Assembly (NCBI RefSeq): GCF_036365525.1
Contig: NC_090377.1
Span: 108,334,407-108,398,406 of the forward strand
DNA from: Heterodontus francisci
Lineage: Eukaryota
Length of the DNA: 64,000 bases
Direction: 5' to 3'
The translations under genes were made by a program, and so were the position numbers. A model generated the notes under the pieces. The model did not search any database. It was not told where the DNA came from and was given only the letters and a program-made list of their open reading frames with translations. This document shows, one piece after another, positions 60,814 to 64,000 of the stretch. The first letter of the stretch is position 1. Each line of letters opens with the position of its first letter.

Positions 60814-63800
60814 CAGCCAGAGTTTTGTCAGCACTTTGAAGACGGCCTGGGATGCAGGAGGGGTGGGTAAAATGGCAGGGAAAGATGTCGGGAGGGAAGC
60901 TCGATGTGTTTATGTTGTGAACTGATATTGCTAAAGACAGCCGGGCTGGCGGGAGAAAGTAATGCTGGAGTGCAGTGAGAAGGTAATTAAGCCTGTTGCA
61001 TAGGCAATGAACTGTGACTTACCAAGTTTTTTTCCATTTTACGAGGGCTGCATGAAACAACGGGGCTTCAGAGCCTTCCCAGCTATTACGAGGTGGAAGC
61101 TCGTCAGAATGCCAGTGTTGGCTGCAGTCAGCAGCCATTGCGAGAGGTAGCATGGCTTGGTAGGGTCGGTGATACTGAGTAGACAGAGGCAGAAGCTATC
61201 GGGAGCAAAGACAAACTTGACTGCCACAGCAGTGGCATTCTGATTGGGTGTCCTTTCTGACTTGGCACTTGTATGTACAGAGCAAGGATTGGCAGCAGGC
61301 CCAGAGAACTGAGTGCAACTATTTGCAATGGGCCTCATTCACACAGGCTTTGAGGTCTCCAGTGAGGAAGAGCATCAGAGAGGGAGAGAGCTGCAGCCAC
61401 CGGGAGTGGAGCTGCTGCACCTAGAGGGGCTACAGCACCTGGAGGGGCTACAGCACCCAGAGTGGCAGCAGGATCAGGAGCCTAGTAGGGGGCACAGACA
61501 AGGAGGGCGCAGAGGGGCACACAACCAGCCTCTGGTGCACCGAAGATGCTAACCACCAGAGAGATTCTATGGTCAGAGGTTTAGCTTCCTGCAAATGCCG
61601 GAGCAGCAGTGTCGCTGAAGACTGGGTCTCTCCAGGGAGGCCATCATCGAGCTGTACACCATGGTGGAGGAGGAGCTGAGCCCTATGGGAAGGGGCAGGC
61701 ACCCAATGTCTGTTGCATTGAAGGTCACAGTGGCGCTGACTTTCTATGCCTCATGATCCTCTGGAGATATCTGTGGAATATCCCAGTCTGTGGCTTCTCA
61801 CTCCATCGAAATGGTCACCAATGCTATGTCTAAGAGGACCAGCCAATACATGTCCTTTCGCACCAAACCAAAGAGTCAAGCTGAGAGGACTATAGGATTC
61901 GGGGCCATTGCTGGATTCCCCCAAGTACAGGGTGTCATTGACTGCATGCATGTGGCCATCAAGGCTCCAACGAGTCAGGGAGCAGCTTTCATCAACAGGA
62001 AGGACTTCCGTTGACTCATTGTACAACTGGTCGCTGACTACCACAAACGGATCTTTCAGGTCTGTGCAACATTCCTGGGAAGCTGCCACAAAACCTAAGA
62101 ACTAAGGCAGTTCCAGGTGCCCGAAATTTTCAGGCCCCCCCACACACCTTCAAGGATGGATACTAGGAGACAAGGGCTACCCACTGAAGAGATGGTTATT
62201 TAAGCCTGTGAGGAATCCAAGCACTGATGCACAAGTCATATACAACAGCTGCCATGGGACAACTCGAGCCACCATCAAGCAGGCCGTATGGCTTCTGTAG
62301 ATGTGGTTCCAATGCCTGGAAAGATCTGGTGGAACCCTTCAATATCCCCAACAAGGATTTTGCGTATTGTGGTGGTGTGCTATACTCGGCACAACATGGT
62401 GCTACAGAAGGGAGAAGCTTTGAACGATGAGGAAATCCTTTTTTAAAATTCTTTCATGGGATGTGAGCATCCCTGGCAAGGTCAGCATTTCTTGCCCTTC
62501 CTTAATTGCCCTTGAGAAGGTGATGATGAGCCTCCTTCTTGAACCGATGTGATCCTGCAGTGTGATGCCTCCTCCCAATGATGAGGATACAGAGGGAGAC
62601 GGTGGCCAGGTGCAATATAATGAAGACCCTGAGGAACAGCAGGCAAAGTGCAATGAGATATGTGCTAGGGAGGCTAGCGACTCACTAATACAGACACGTT
62701 TCTCATGAACCTCCCTTATACACCCATTCAGTCAAATAAATCTTTCACCTTCTGCAGTCCTGCTACTGTTTCCTTGAATGCCCTTACCAGCTAAATAACC
62801 CGTCATCACATCAGGCCATGGCATGGGAAATGTATTGACCTCATTTGTCCTTCACATCATACCTTGTGCAGAAACCAGAGAACTGTTAATGGCCCTTAGT
62901 GTATAAAAAGGTAAAGGATGCTTTTCGTGGTGCACCATTTCAGAATTCATTGATGACACATACTCAGCAAGGTGAAACCTAATGATATAATATAATCCCA
63001 TGAAACCCAAGTGCAGCTAGATGGACTTGCAGGTGCTCCTATGTGGTGCTCCCCCTGCGCTGTCATCTGAGGTGGAGGCAGGCTGCTGACCTTTCTGCTC
63101 CATGGCTTTCAATGGCCGTAGCCGTTGACCTTTGGTTGCCTAAGGACTGAAGGACCTCCTGCACAGGTGCAGGAGTCACCTCTGTCTCCATGGCTTCATG
63201 AGGTGCTGGTGTCACCGTCAGAGGGGACAAGAACCAGCTGTACACACCAGGAGCACCCTGTGAGAAGCCCCCAGAAGCTGCTCCTCCACCCTTTCAGGGC
63301 ACACTTGTCCCTACCCACTCACCTGAGGAATCTGAGGACCTGGCGATGTCTCCCGGCATCTTGTCTCCCTCTTGCCCAACCATTGTTCCACAAAGCTCAT
63401 GGAGAAGATGATGGCCTGCAGGTCCATGTGCATCTCTGGTATATACCGGGTGGTTTGCTGGATGGGGCTTTCCAAGAAGGTCGCCAATCTCTCAACGGAG
63501 GAAGCTATGCACGCACATGCCAGAGTGATGGCTGCACCCATGGCCTGGATAGATTCCTCCATCATCTGTGCATGGATGTGCATAGCCTCTGGAAGCTCTG
63601 CCAGATGTTCATGCGCTTTATGCTGGATCTGCAGCATCTGCCATCTAGTTGTTGACTCCAACCTGAAGCTGAGTATCGCCAGGCCCTTCCACAGTCCTCC
63701 GAATGTGTGTGCACTCAACTGTCACTGCCTCCATCAGTTGCTTGGCACGTCTGTGCTGTGCTCACCGGATTGTTACCTTGTTACTACTCGCGCACGACTG

Positions 63801-64000
63801 CCCACCGACATTAGAGTGTCTGCACTGGTGGAGGGTGAGGTGGAATGATGTGACCGTGCACTCTCTGAGGTCTCCTTCTCCTCCTCAAAGGTGGAGGTTT
63901 GCCGCTCAGGCTCTTGTCTACGAGGTGCAAGAGAGGGAAGAGTGATGAGAGGGCAATGTGTTTTCCATCTCGTACTTGTGACTACTTATCATCTGTAGCT
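60814..64000 (+). mobile_element. Third Harbinger element (decayed): transposase + at about 61327-62705, ORF2 remnants - at about 63000-64000; runs off the window
   Basis: GFPQVQGVIDCMHVAIKAP, FINRKDF, FLGSCH and GDKGYP motifs. The left end resembles the 1597 end. Confidence 0.85.

Noticed and set aside
60814-64000. Harbinger at 60814 as the segmental-duplication paralog of the one at 1597
   Set aside because: The insertion flanks differ (a CR1 at 1596, unique sequence at 60800), so independent insertions are more likely.

Overview
This is eukaryotic genomic DNA, almost certainly from a cartilaginous fish: the HE1-like V-SINE, Deu-domain SINEs and abundant CR1 LINEs are typical of sharks. 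Most of the window is decayed, heavily nested transposable elements (CR1, L2 and RTE LINEs, Penelope, Gypsy LTR elements, three PIF/Harbinger transposons, Harbinger-type MITEs and a hAT MITE). One host gene lies on the + strand, assembled by hand from splice sites and mostly missed by the ORF track. It has TATA at 25058 and exons at 25140-25191 (GC-AG intron follows), 25315-25439, 34284-34406, 46754-47887 and 50320-50444/50604, with a possible last exon at 53412+. It encodes a secreted SPP2 (spp24)-like cystatin/cathelin-fold protein with an unusual layout: signal peptide, cystatin domain, about 310 aa of Thr/Ser/Pro mucin repeats, an S-x-E phosphoserine cluster, and an extremely Arg/Trp-rich cationic C-terminal peptide resembling a cathelicidin-type antimicrobial peptide. 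Diverged copies of non-TE flanking sequence suggest the gene is one unit of a tandem cluster. All family assignments come from motif recognition; no database search was run.
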